Positions 1-8,649 of a DNA stretch of 24,753 nt are shown piece by piece. Both the position numbers and the translations under genes were made by a program. How positions within the stretch are numbered: the stretch's first letter is position 1; each line of letters begins with the position of its first letter. Source of the stretch: a virus (lineage: Duplodnaviria; Heunggongvirae; Uroviricota; Caudoviricetes); the IMG/VR virus record IMGVR_UViG_2648501392_000012; one strand, written 5' to 3'. The notes beneath the pieces were generated by a model. That model saw only the letters and a program-made list of their open reading frames with translations. It searched no databases and was not told the origin of the DNA.

Positions 1-94
1 GACTGGCCGGCAAACCGGGTACGCGATCTGTTGCCCTGGAAAGTTGATCTGAGCTCTCAGTAAATATCAATACGGTTCTGACGAGTCGCTTACA
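1..94 (+). repeat. Left copy of an inverted, diverged repeat; encodes (reading inward, + strand, stop at 61..63) the C-terminal ~20 codons (...DWPANRVRDLLPWKVDLSSQ*) of a gene whose body lies outside the window
   Basis: Reverse complement of 1..94 aligns with 24655..24753: both start with TGTAAGCG, share AGAACCGTATTGA, and the outer ~37 nt are ~81% identical by hand alignment; the encoded peptide tails are paralogous. Confidence 0.6.
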
Positions 95-428
95 CCTGAA
101 ATACCATTTGCGCATCTGCATGGCCCATCTGGTTTGCTATAAATGCCGGGTTAGCACCAGCTGTCAGCGACCAGCAGGCATAAGTATGTCTCGACTGATA
201 TGATTTTCGATGGCGGAGTCCGGCACGTTTTATCGCTGCGTCCCACATCTGCCTTATTGAGTCAACGGTAAAATGGTCACCATAATTTTTTACATTATCA
301 TTGACGCCATTTTCACGTGCAATCTGTGCAACACAAGCTCCAGGTTGTGATGCCAGTTCCACCATACGAAGTTTGAATTCATTCGAATAGTTTTTACGAG
401 GTTCTTTTCGCCAGTCCTGTAATTCCAT
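90..428 (-). pseudogene. Truncated tyrosine-recombinase (phage integrase) C-terminal fragment; its N-terminal ~45 residues resemble an IS3-family transposase OrfA helix-turn-helix; likely chimeric remnant
   Basis: ORF-track protein: C-terminal half ...RHTYACWSLTAGANPAFIANQMGH... matches the conserved integrase box II region but stops before the catalytic Tyr; N-terminal PRKNYSNEFKLRMVELASQPGACVAQIARENGV matches the IS3-type HTH pattern (PRKxxSxEF...VARExGV). Confidence 0.5.
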
Positions 429-993
429 ACTTAGATGTCCGTCTATATCAGATGGGCGTCTAAGTTACCAATTCTCGTCTGATGGCTACATACGGCGGTC
501 AGTTTACGCTTACAAAAAGCACTATCGGCATGCACAAAAAAATCTTTAATCGTATTTCTTGTGTCATTAATTGTTTGATGTTCAGATTGTTTTCCTCGCG
601 GGCTGGCGCGCCTCAGAAAGTAAAGCTTGTTGACAGGGGTAAACGTTCGGCAATAATTTTCTGCCGCATGCGGGTGTTGCATAAAACGTGCTACGTTCCT
701 TTATCGACAGGTCAGGTCACCGCTCACCCGCCGACGAGAAAGCAACACTGACATGCTAAAGCAAAAAATAGATGAATAAGTTGAGTTGTGCATATGTAGC
801 CTGACCGTCACAAAGTATATGGTGTCTGTACCAGTAAGATGATGGCCGGACTCTTTAAAAACGAGCTGACCTGCACAATACAGGATGGACTTAGCAATGG
901 CTGCTCCTGGCACAAAGCGGACAGTGATCACCGTTCTTACGACTACTTTCTGACTTCCTTCGTGACTTGCCCTAAGCATGTTGTAGTGCGATA

Positions 994-1019
994 CTTGTAA
1001 TGACATTTGTAATTACAAG
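994..1019 (+). promoter_or_regulatory. relBE operator/promoter palindrome (CTTGTAAT-N-ATTACAAG) immediately upstream of relB
   Basis: Perfect inverted repeat CTTGTAATGACATTTGTAATTACAAG overlapping the Shine-Dalgarno AAGAGGTG 6 nt before the relB ATG; RelB-RelE autoregulation at such an operator is established. Confidence 0.55.
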
Positions 1020-1030
1020 AGGTGTAAGAC

Positions 1031-1270
1031 ATGGGTAGCATTAACCTGCGTATTGACGATGAACTTAAAGCGCGTTCTTACGCCGCGCTTGAAAAAATGG
1101 GTGTAACTCCTTCTGAAGCGCTTCGTCTCATGCTCGAGTATATCGCTGACAATGAACGCTTGCCGTTCAAACAGACACTCCTGAGTGATGAAGATGCTGA
1201 ACTTGTGGAGATAGTGAAAGAACGGCTTCGTAATCCTAAGCCAGTACGTGTGACGCTGGATGAACTCTGA
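1031..1270 (+). CDS. relB: RelB antitoxin (79 aa)
   Basis: Protein MGSINLRIDDELKARSYAALEKMGVTPSEALRLMLEYIADNERLPF... recognised as RelB; length and position match the relBE operon; stop overlaps the relE start (ATGA-type coupling). Confidence 0.93.
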   Translation: MGSINLRIDDELKARSYAALEKMGVTPSEALRLMLEYIADNERLPFKQTLLSDEDAELVEIVKERLRNPKPVRVTLDEL

Positions 1271-1557
1271 TGGCGTATTTTCTGGATTTTGACGAGCGGG
1301 CACTAAAGGAATGGCGAAAGCTGGGCTCGACGGTACGTGAACAGTTGAAAAAGAAGCTGGTTGAAGTACTTGAGTCACCCCGGATTGAAGCAAACAAGCT
1401 CCGTGGTATGCCTGATTGTTACAAGATTAAGCTCCGGTCTTCAGGCTATCGCCTTGTATACCAGGTTATAGACGAGAAAGTTGTCGTTTTCGTGATTTCT
1501 GTTGGGAAAAGAGAACGCTCGGAAGTATATAGCGAGGCGGTCAAACGCATTCTCTGA
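1270..1557 (+). CDS. relE: RelE mRNA-interferase toxin (95 aa)
   Basis: Protein MAYFLDFDERALKEWRKLGSTVREQLKKKLVEVLESPRIEANKLRGMPDCYKIKLRSSGYRLVYQVIDEKVVVFVISVGKRERSEVYSEAVKRIL recognised as RelE. Confidence 0.93.
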   Translation: MAYFLDFDERALKEWRKLGSTVREQLKKKLVEVLESPRIEANKLRGMPDCYKIKLRSSGYRLVYQVIDEKVVVFVISVGKRERSEVYSEAVKRIL

Positions 1558-1628
1558 ACCAAAGCATGACATCTCTGTTTCGCACCGAAGGTGACACTTC
1601 TGCTTTGCGTTGACAGGAGAAGCAGGCT

Positions 1629-1784
1629 ATGAAGCAGCAAAAGGCGATGTTAATCGCCCTGATCGTCATCTGTTTAACCGTCATAGTGACGGCACTGGTA
1701 ACGAGGAAAGACCTCTGCGAGGTACGAATCCGAACCGGCCAGACGGAGGTCGCTGTCTTCACAGCTTACGAACCTGAGGAGTAA
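1629..1784 (+). CDS. hokD: Hok-family small membrane toxin (51 aa), HokD/RelF-like
   Basis: Hand translation (below the 60-aa ORF-track cutoff): MKQQKAMLIALIVICLTVIVTALVTRKDLCEVRIRTGQTEVAVFTAYEPEE*; single TM helix plus conserved Hok C-terminus; 70 nt after relE. Confidence 0.85.
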   Translation: MKQQKAMLIALIVICLTVIVTALVTRKDLCEVRIRTGQTEVAVFTAYEPEE

Positions 1785-1850
1785 GAGACCCGGCGGGGGA
1801 GAAATCCCTCGCCACCTCTGATGTGGCAGGCATCCTCAACGCACCCGCAC

Positions 1851-1882
1851 TTAACCCGCTTCGGCGGGTTTTTGTTTTTATT
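1851..1882 (+). terminator. Rho-independent terminator closing the relB-relE-hokD transcript
   Basis: AACCCGC-TTCG-GCGGGTT stem-loop followed by TTTTTGTTTTTATTTT. Confidence 0.6.
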
Positions 1883-2000
1883 TTCAACGCGTTTGAAGTT
1901 CTGGACGGTGCCGGAATAGAATCAAAAATACTTAAGTAGCGCGCAGGGATAAGAGGGATGGTCCCTTAAAGGGGAGAGCTAATTATCCGGAAGGATTCTG

Positions 2001-2252
2001 ATGATGAACATCGAAGAACTGCGTAAAATTTTTTGTGAAGATGGCCTCTATGCTGTGTGCGTTGAAAATGGAAATCTTGTTAGTCATTACCGCATTATGT
2101 GTTTGCGAAAGAATGGGGCTGCGTTAATTAATTTTGTGGATGCTCGGGTCACGGACGGATTTATCTTGCGCGAAGGTGAGTTTGTCACTTCATTACAGGC
2201 ATTGAAAGAGATCGGAATAAAAGCTGGCTTTTCTGCTTTTTCAGGAGAATAA
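2001..2252 (+). CDS. rem: Rem-like small prophage protein (83 aa)
   Basis: 83-aa ORF MMNIEELRKIFCEDGLYAVCVENGNLVSHYRIM... at the position rem occupies next to hokD in Qin-type prophages; assigned from recalled sequence and context. Confidence 0.65.
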   Translation: MMNIEELRKIFCEDGLYAVCVENGNLVSHYRIMCLRKNGAALINFVDARVTDGFILREGEFVTSLQALKEIGIKAGFSAFSGE

Positions 2253-2318
2253 ACTCATCTACAATCTTGCGCGGGGCTGAACTCCCGCTGAGTAACACCG
2301 TGCCACCGGAGAAAACCG

Positions 2319-2597
2319 ATGGCACGCAACGCAAAATATTACAATTCTGATAATTCGCCCGTTCTTGCCTGCACGCACGGGCGGTATTCTCACGCATTCA
2401 AGTCTGAATGGTTCCAGCACCCTCCATGCACTGCAGAACAGGCCGAATGGCTGATTCATTCTTACCGCAGGCGCGGGTTCGAGGTTAAGAAAGCTCTCAG
2501 TCTCGACTATCGGCACTGGATAATCTCTGTCAGGCTGCCTTATTCCGAACGCCCACCACGTGCGTCCCGCACTTTCCAGCAACGGATCTGGAGGTAA
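2319..2597 (+). CDS. Hypothetical 92-aa protein immediately upstream of ydfU
   Basis: ORF with GGAG 5 nt upstream of ATG, ending 1 nt before the proposed ydfU GTG start; no recognised family; overlapped by an antisense shadow ORF. Confidence 0.35.
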   Translation: MARNAKYYNSDNSPVLACTHGRYSHAFKSEWFQHPPCTAEQAEWLIHSYRRRGFEVKKALSLDYRHWIISVRLPYSERPPRASRTFQQRIWR

Positions 2598-2598
2598 C

Positions 2599-3648
2599 GT
2601 GCGGGTATTACTTAGACCTGTTCTGGTGCCTGAGCTTGGGCTGGTGGTCCTTAAGCCGGGCCGTGAATCCATACAGATATTTCATAATCCTCGAGTGCTG
2701 GTGGAACCGGAACCAAAAAGCATGCGTAATCTGCCATCCGGAGTCGTTCCTGCCGTTCGCCAGCCGCTGGCGGAAGACAAAACATTGCTGCCGTTTTTTA
2801 GTAACGAACGGGTGATTCGTGCTGCTGGCGGCGTTGGCGCATTGTCCGACTGGCTATTACGTCATGTTACATCCTGCCAGTGGCCTAATGGCGATTACCA
2901 TCACACTGAAACAGTCATTCACCGTTATGGTACCGGCGCAATGGTGTTGTGCTGGCACTGCGACAACCAACTGCGTGACCAGACATCGGAATCACTGGAG
3001 CTGCTTGCTCAACAAAATCTGACAGCATGGGTGATTGACGTCATCCGTCACGCAATAAGCGGTACGCAGGAGCGGGAATTATCTTTGGCTGAATTATCCT
3101 GGTGGGCGGTCTGCAATCAGGTGGTGGATGCACTACCTGAGGCTGTATCGCGTCGTTCGCTGGGATTACCAGCGGAAAAAATCTGCTCGGTGTACCGCGA
3201 AAGCGACATCGTACCGGGAGAGCAGACCGCCACCAGCATATTGAAACAACGCACAAAAAATCTTGCACCGTTGCCTTACGCCCACCAGCAACAAAAATCA
3301 CCACAGGAAAAGACGGTGGTAAGCATCACCGTTGATCCAGAGTCTCCGGAATCTTTCATGAAGCTGCCTAAACGTCGCCGCTGGGTTAAGGAGAAATACA
3401 CACGTTGGGTTAAGACACAGCCGTGTGCTTGCTGCGGTATGCCAGCCGACGATCCGCATCATCTGATTGGTCACGGGCAGGGCGGAATGGGAACAAAAGC
3501 ACATGATCTCTTTGTGTTGCCTTTGTGCAGAAAGCATCACAACGAGCTGCATACGGATACAGTGGCATTTGAAGATAAGTATGGCTCCCAACTGGAGCTG
3601 ATATTTCGTTTTATCGATCGCGCGCTGGCAATTGGCGTACTGGCGTAA
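2599..3648 (+). CDS. ydfU: DUF968-family prophage protein (YdfU-like), HNH-like Cys/His C-terminal domain
   Basis: Long ORF with C-terminal CACCGMPADDPHHLIGHGQGGMGTKAHDLFVLPLCRKHHNELH motif; start placed at GTG 2599 (GGAGG 4 nt upstream, 349 aa) rather than the upstream GTG 2560 used by the ORF track. Confidence 0.75.
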   Translation: MRVLLRPVLVPELGLVVLKPGRESIQIFHNPRVLVEPEPKSMRNLPSGVVPAVRQPLAEDKTLLPFFSNERVIRAAGGVGALSDWLLRHVTSCQWPNGDYHHTETVIHRYGTGAMVLCWHCDNQLRDQTSESLELLAQQNLTAWVIDVIRHAISGTQERELSLAELSWWAVCNQVVDALPEAVSRRSLGLPAEKICSVYRESDIVPGEQTATSILKQRTKNLAPLPYAHQQQKSPQEKTVVSITVDPESPESFMKLPKRRRWVKEKYTRWVKTQPCACCGMPADDPHHLIGHGQGGMGTKAHDLFVLPLCRKHHNELHTDTVAFEDKYGSQLELIFRFIDRALAIGVLA

Positions 3649-3661
3649 GTGGAGAACGAGC

Positions 3662-4414
3662 ATGAACCTTGAAGCCTTACCAAAATATTACTCCCCAAAA
3701 TCTCCAAAATTGAGCGATGACGCTCCAGCGACAGGCACCGGTTGTTTAACAATTACGGATGTAATGGCAGCGCAGGGGATGGTGCAGTCGAAAGCACCAC
3801 TTGGGTTGGCCTTATTTCTGGCAAAAGTTGGTGTTCAGGACCCTCAGTTTGCGATTGAAGGCCTGCTAAATTACGCGATGGCACTGGATAACCCGACATT
3901 GAACAAATTGAGTGAAGAAATCCGGTTACAGATTATTCCTTACCTCGTGAGTTTTGCCTTTGCTGATTACTCCAGGTCTGCGGCAAGTAAGGCTCGCTGT
4001 GAGCATTGTTCAGGTACGGGATTTTATAATGTATTGCGCGAAGTGGTGAAACACTACAGACGCGGGGAATCTGTAATCAAGGAAGAATGGGTGAAGGAAC
4101 TATGTCAGCATTGCCATGGTAAGGGCGAAGTCAGCACAGCGTGCAGAGGGTGTAAGGGTAAAGGGATTGTTCTGGATGAAAAAAGAACCCGGTTTCATGG
4201 CGTACCGGTATATAAGATTTGTGGGCGTTGTAATGGAAACCGGTTTAGTCGTTTACCGACCACGCTGGCACGACGTCATGTCCAGAAGCTGGTACCAGAC
4301 CTGACCGATTATCAGTGGTATAAGGGGTATGCGGACGTCATTGGTAAACTGGTAACAAAGTGCTGGCAGGAAGAAGCATACGCGGAAGCGCAATTGAGGA
4401 AGGTGACGAGATAA
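3662..4414 (+). CDS. quuQ: Late-gene antitermination protein Q (250 aa)
   Basis: Multiple CxxC / CxxH zinc-binding motifs (CEHCSGTG, CQHCHGKG, CRGCKGKG, CGRCNG); sits immediately upstream of a promoter/terminator pair and the lysis genes; start at ATG 3662 with GGAG 7 nt upstream. Confidence 0.8.
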   Translation: MNLEALPKYYSPKSPKLSDDAPATGTGCLTITDVMAAQGMVQSKAPLGLALFLAKVGVQDPQFAIEGLLNYAMALDNPTLNKLSEEIRLQIIPYLVSFAFADYSRSAASKARCEHCSGTGFYNVLREVVKHYRRGESVIKEEWVKELCQHCHGKGEVSTACRGCKGKGIVLDEKRTRFHGVPVYKICGRCNGNRFSRLPTTLARRHVQKLVPDLTDYQWYKGYADVIGKLVTKCWQEEAYAEAQLRKVTR

Positions 4415-4445
4415 ATGATTTTTGCTGAAGATGGCGACATGATGT

Positions 4446-4474
4446 TTGCATTTTTCAAAAAATATGGATAAAAT
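4446..4474 (+). promoter_or_regulatory. Putative late promoter PR' (TTGCAT-17 bp-TAAAAT); the Q-utilisation site is expected here
   Basis: -35 TTGCAT 4446..4451, 17-bp spacer, -10 TAAAAT 4469..4474, about 30 nt after the Q stop and ~45 nt before a terminator. Confidence 0.5.
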
Positions 4475-4518
4475 TTTTTCAACGATGGGCTTTGTATACC
4501 CGACGTTAAGAAAAAGTA

Positions 4519-4550
4519 GAAAACCCGCTGATGAGCGGGTTTTGTGCTTT
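4519..4550 (+). terminator. tR'-like rho-independent terminator downstream of PR'
   Basis: AAACCCGC-TGATGA-GCGGGTTT stem-loop followed by a T-rich tract. Confidence 0.6.
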
Positions 4551-4835
4551 AAATGGGGCAATGGTAATGTTGAATCTCATCCCGGGACTCATGTCTGTTA
4601 ACTTATTATTTAGCTGGTGACTTGGTTATTTGCCTGATGTTTAAAATGTTTTCTTCCAGTACAATGTCCCTAAACACAATGAGTCTGCTTATTATATTAT
4701 TAGCAGAGCTATTACGGCCAAAGTACAGCATAAGCTTTTAAAGCCAATCAACCAGTCATCAAGACAGACGGGGTTATTCATAAAAACTCTCCATGTGTGA
4801 TCCGATGGGGCCTGAAATTAAAGCTTTAATATAGC

Positions 4836-5048
4836 TCATGAAAGGTAAACATTGGCAGCTGAAGGGCCACGCAGACCATTTATCCGGCAAAATTCCACGC
4901 GTAATCCGGTGGTAATTTCTTCTGCATCGCGGAGATTGAGCGCTGAAACATGAAGCTGGACATCGATACGACCATCGGATGGGGTGATAAGACCCTTGCC
5001 GCTTTTGCCGTCAAAGGTTTTGACAATTCCTGTCATTTTACGGGACAA
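4836..5048 (-). CDS. cspF: Cold-shock-protein family paralog CspF (70 aa)
   Basis: Protein [38 protein letters not shown]... is a CspA-family cold-shock domain; recognised as CspF. Confidence 0.9.
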
Positions 5049-5348
5049 AAAAATTCCTTAATACTGATAACTTGGCGCACTATACACACGTTCCTGAAGA
5101 AAGCTATAGTTTTTTGATGGGGTTGAAGATGGCTGGATGTCTAAAATAAACATTGCTTCATATGTTCAACTATGCGTTAATGATTGCGTCGGTTTGAAGA
5201 ACAGACGATATACGAAGTAGTTTACTAAAGCAGTTCTCATTTCAGGTGTTATTCACTTATTCCTTCTTTGAGTCTCTCCAATTAAGTACGAAGTCGTTTC
5301 TGTTATGCAAACCATTTATGCCGAAAGGCTCAAGTTAAGGAATGTAGA

Positions 5349-5564
5349 ATGTCAAATAAAATGACTGGTTTAGTAAAATGGTTTAACGCTGATAAAGGTT
5401 TCGGCTTTATTTCTCCTGTTGATGGTAGTAAAGATGTGTTTGTGCATTTTTCTGCGATTCAGAATGATAATTATCGAACCTTATTTGAAGGTCAAAAGGT
5501 TACCTTCTCTATAGAGAGTGGTGCTAAAGGTCCTGCAGCAGCAAATGTCATCATTACTGATTAA
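5349..5564 (+). CDS. cspB: Cold-shock protein CspB (71 aa)
   Basis: Protein [38 protein letters not shown]... with canonical RNP1/RNP2 motifs; divergent from cspF. Confidence 0.9.
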   Translation: MSNKMTGLVKWFNADKGFGFISPVDGSKDVFVHFSAIQNDNYRTLFEGQKVTFSIESGAKGPAAANVIITD

Positions 5565-5846
5565 AATTCATCGCTCGTCTGTATACGATAACGAAGAAGG
5601 CTGATGCCTGAGTAGAGATACGGACAGAGTAGTGAATATTGGATCTCTTTAATAAAAAGTAAGGAGGTCCAATACATGAAACAATGGCTAGCATATTTGG
5701 CAAAATCTTAATCAGGAAAAGTATGCTAACCATTGTGGTGAAGTGCAGGTTTGCTGCATGAATAGTTTTACAGCAGAAGCTAACTGCTGGCATGGCAAAA
5801 CAAAGTGCGTAAGTGGATGACTCCCACAAAAAGCACCACAATCTCA

Positions 5847-5872
5847 AACCCGCTCAGGCGGGTTTTTTATTA
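5847..5872 (+). terminator. Rho-independent terminator about 280 nt downstream of cspB
   Basis: AACCCGC-TCAG-GCGGGTT followed by TTTTTTATTAT. Confidence 0.6.
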
Positions 5873-5927
5873 TCTGCTTTAAATATATTATTAAAATATA
5901 AAAAATACTTGTTACTAATAAAATCAA

Positions 5928-6098
5928 TCAGGCTACAGCTTTAAGATTTGTCTGGAATACTTTGTTGCAATGAGGGCAGATCAAAAGGGCACCTTTTTGT
6001 ACTCTTGAAAAACTGTGTTCTGACTCTTGGGTGCAGTTTGGGCAGGAACATTTAACGAGATAATTACGGCGTGATTTTGAGTTTTTACGTTCTGACAT
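5928..6098 (-). CDS. Small Cys4 zinc-ribbon protein (56 aa), possibly the Qin small protein YnfU
   Basis: MSERKNSKSRRNYLVKCSCPNCTQESEHSFSRVQKGALLICPHCNKVFQTNLKAVA; two CxxC pairs (CPNC...CPHC); AGGAAA 6 nt upstream of the internal ATG (the ORF track shows a longer 73-aa version). Confidence 0.5.
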   Translation of the reverse strand: MSERKNSKSRRNYLVKCSCPNCTQESEHSFSRVQKGALLICPHCNKVFQTNLKAVA

Positions 6099-6317
6099 AG
6101 GCTTTTCCTGTATAAATGGCCGTATACAGTACACTAAATATGAAAACATTTCTCGTATTATTATTTTATATATGACTTTCTTTCAAAATAATTACCCACA
6201 TTTTTAATGTGTATGTTTTTTTAGCGCCGTTGAGAACAACGTGTGCTGTCAAAACTACCCCGTAGACTCCGATCTTTTCAAACATATTGCACCATCCGTG
6301 TACATCGGGGTGAGGAT

Positions 6318-6533
6318 ATGAAATCAATGGATAAGTTAACAACAGGTGTTGCCTATGGCACATCGGCGGGTAATGCTGGTTTCTGGGCATTGCAGTTACT
6401 CGATAAAGTAACTCCGTCACAGTGGGCTGCAATCGGTGTGCTGGGTAGCCTGGTTTTTGGCCTGCTGACGTATCTGACAAATCTTTATTTCAAGATTAAA
6501 GAAGACAGGCGTAAGGCTGCGAGAGGAGAGTAA
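6318..6533 (+). CDS. essQ: Class II holin, phage-21 S-type (pinholin) with dual-start motif MKSM
   Basis: [71 protein letters not shown]; two TM segments and a charged C-terminus; Met1/Met4 give antiholin/holin forms as in S21. Confidence 0.85.
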   Translation: MKSMDKLTTGVAYGTSAGNAGFWALQLLDKVTPSQWAAIGVLGSLVFGLLTYLTNLYFKIKEDRRKAARGE

Positions 6534-6537
6534 TCCA

Positions 6538-6845
6538 ATGACTCAAGACTATGAACTGGTTGTGAAAGGAGTCCGTAATTTTGAGAATAAAGTTACGGTA
6601 ACTGTAGCCTTACAGGACAAAGAACGCTTTGACGGTGAAATTTTTGACCTGGATGTCGCCATGGACCGTGTTGAAGGAGCTGCGCTGGAGTTTTATGAGG
6701 CAGCAGCCAGAAGGAGCGTCCGGCAAGTCTTCCTGGAAGTAGCAGAAAAATTGTCAGAAAAAGTTGAGTCTTATCTGCAGCATCAGTACTCCTTTAAGAT
6801 TGAAAATCCTGCCAATAAGCACGAGCGTCCTCATCATAAATATCT

Positions 6846-6849
<4 letters not shown>
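6538..6849 (+). CDS. ydfR: YdfR-like DUF1327 protein (103 aa) between holin and endolysin
   Basis: 103-aa ORF tightly packed between holin and endolysin (4-nt overlap with the endolysin start). Confidence 0.75.
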
Positions 6850-7873
<1,024 letters not shown>

Positions 7874-8234
7874 GGTAATATTAAATCGGAACATTTACAT
7901 CGCGGAATGTAAAATTTGAATAAAAAGGACTCTTCCATGAGCCAAAATTCCTGAAATCTTAAGGGTAAGATAAAAGGTCTTAATCAGAATGACACGTTTT
8001 ATTAATAAATAAAGCTATTCTTTCATTGCTGTGTTTTTCTTTACAAAAGTAATCCTTGCTATGGGTGGTTAATCATGCGTTAATGGTGTTCTGGTTTGTT
8101 ACAAATTTATCTGAAGCAGTCATTGTTATAATTTTATTATTTGTACCTCTTGAGATTTCCTTGTTGGTTTTTCTCTCTGATATTTTTTTCGGACCATTCT
8201 GCCCAAGGGCTAATTTCTTCAAAAGGTAATAATT

Positions 8235-8447
8235 ATGTCTAATAAAATGACTGGTTTAGTGAAATGGTTTAACCCTGAAAAAGGTTTTGGTTTCATCACG
8301 CCGAAAGATGGCAGCAAAGATGTGTTTGTCCATTTCTCAGCAATTCAGAGCAACGATTTCAAAACATTAACTGAGAATCAGGAAGTTGAATTTGGTATTG
8401 AGAACGGACCTAAAGGTCCTGCCGCTGTTCATGTAGTGGCGCTTTGA
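8235..8447 (+). CDS. cspI: Cold-shock protein CspI (70 aa)
   Basis: [70 protein letters not shown]. Confidence 0.9.
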   Translation: MSNKMTGLVKWFNPEKGFGFITPKDGSKDVFVHFSAIQSNDFKTLTENQEVEFGIENGPKGPAAVHVVAL

Positions 8448-8535
8448 GGTAGACAATATTACAAACCATATTCACTTTAGATGCCCGTGTTGTCATGGTT
8501 CCCAGTATAGAACATCATCTTTTGATGTTTCTGAC

Positions 8536-8646
8536 ATGAATCCTTTCGGGGCAAAATGTATCTTTTGTAAATCAATGATGATTACATTTGATAATATTTC
8601 ACAATACTTAAATGCCAGCCGTCTGTCGTTGGATTTAAAAAAGTGA
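8536..8646 (+). CDS. Short reading frame (36 aa from ATG) that is the C-terminal half of a start-less Cys4 zinc-ribbon frame open from 8437
   Basis: Frame reads ...RCPCCHGSQYRTSSFDVSDMNPFGAKCIFCKSMMITFDNISQYLNASRLSLDLKK*; the first CxxC pair lies upstream of the only in-frame ATG; followed by a hairpin terminator. Confidence 0.3.
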   Translation: MNPFGAKCIFCKSMMITFDNISQYLNASRLSLDLKK

Positions 8647-8649
8647 AAA

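Noticed and set aside
630-665. Sigma70-like TTGACA-17-ATAATT promoter element on the + strand
   Set aside because: Good spacing, but no convincing gene or RNA structure downstream before the relBE promoter; kept only as a note within the int-relB spacer finding.
1541-1762. 73-aa minus-strand ORF antisense to hokD, considered as a sok-like or mok-like element
   Set aside because: No promoter or ribosome-binding site seen and the hok leader here is too short for a canonical sok/mok unit; an antisense RNA is not excluded but a coding call is unsupported.
2560-2598. Upstream GTG start giving a 362-aa YdfU
   Set aside because: No ribosome-binding site and it would overlap the 92-aa ORF; GTG 2599 has GGAGG 4 nt upstream. 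The upstream start cannot be fully excluded.
3632-3661. ATG 3632 as the start of Q (260 aa)
   Set aside because: It overlaps the ydfU 3' end and lacks a ribosome-binding site; ATG 3662 has GGAG 7 nt upstream and gives 250 aa.
7893-7918. Hairpin TTTACAT-CGCGGA-ATGTAAA after rz as a terminator
   Set aside because: The stem is AT-rich and not followed by a clean U-tract; too weak to call.
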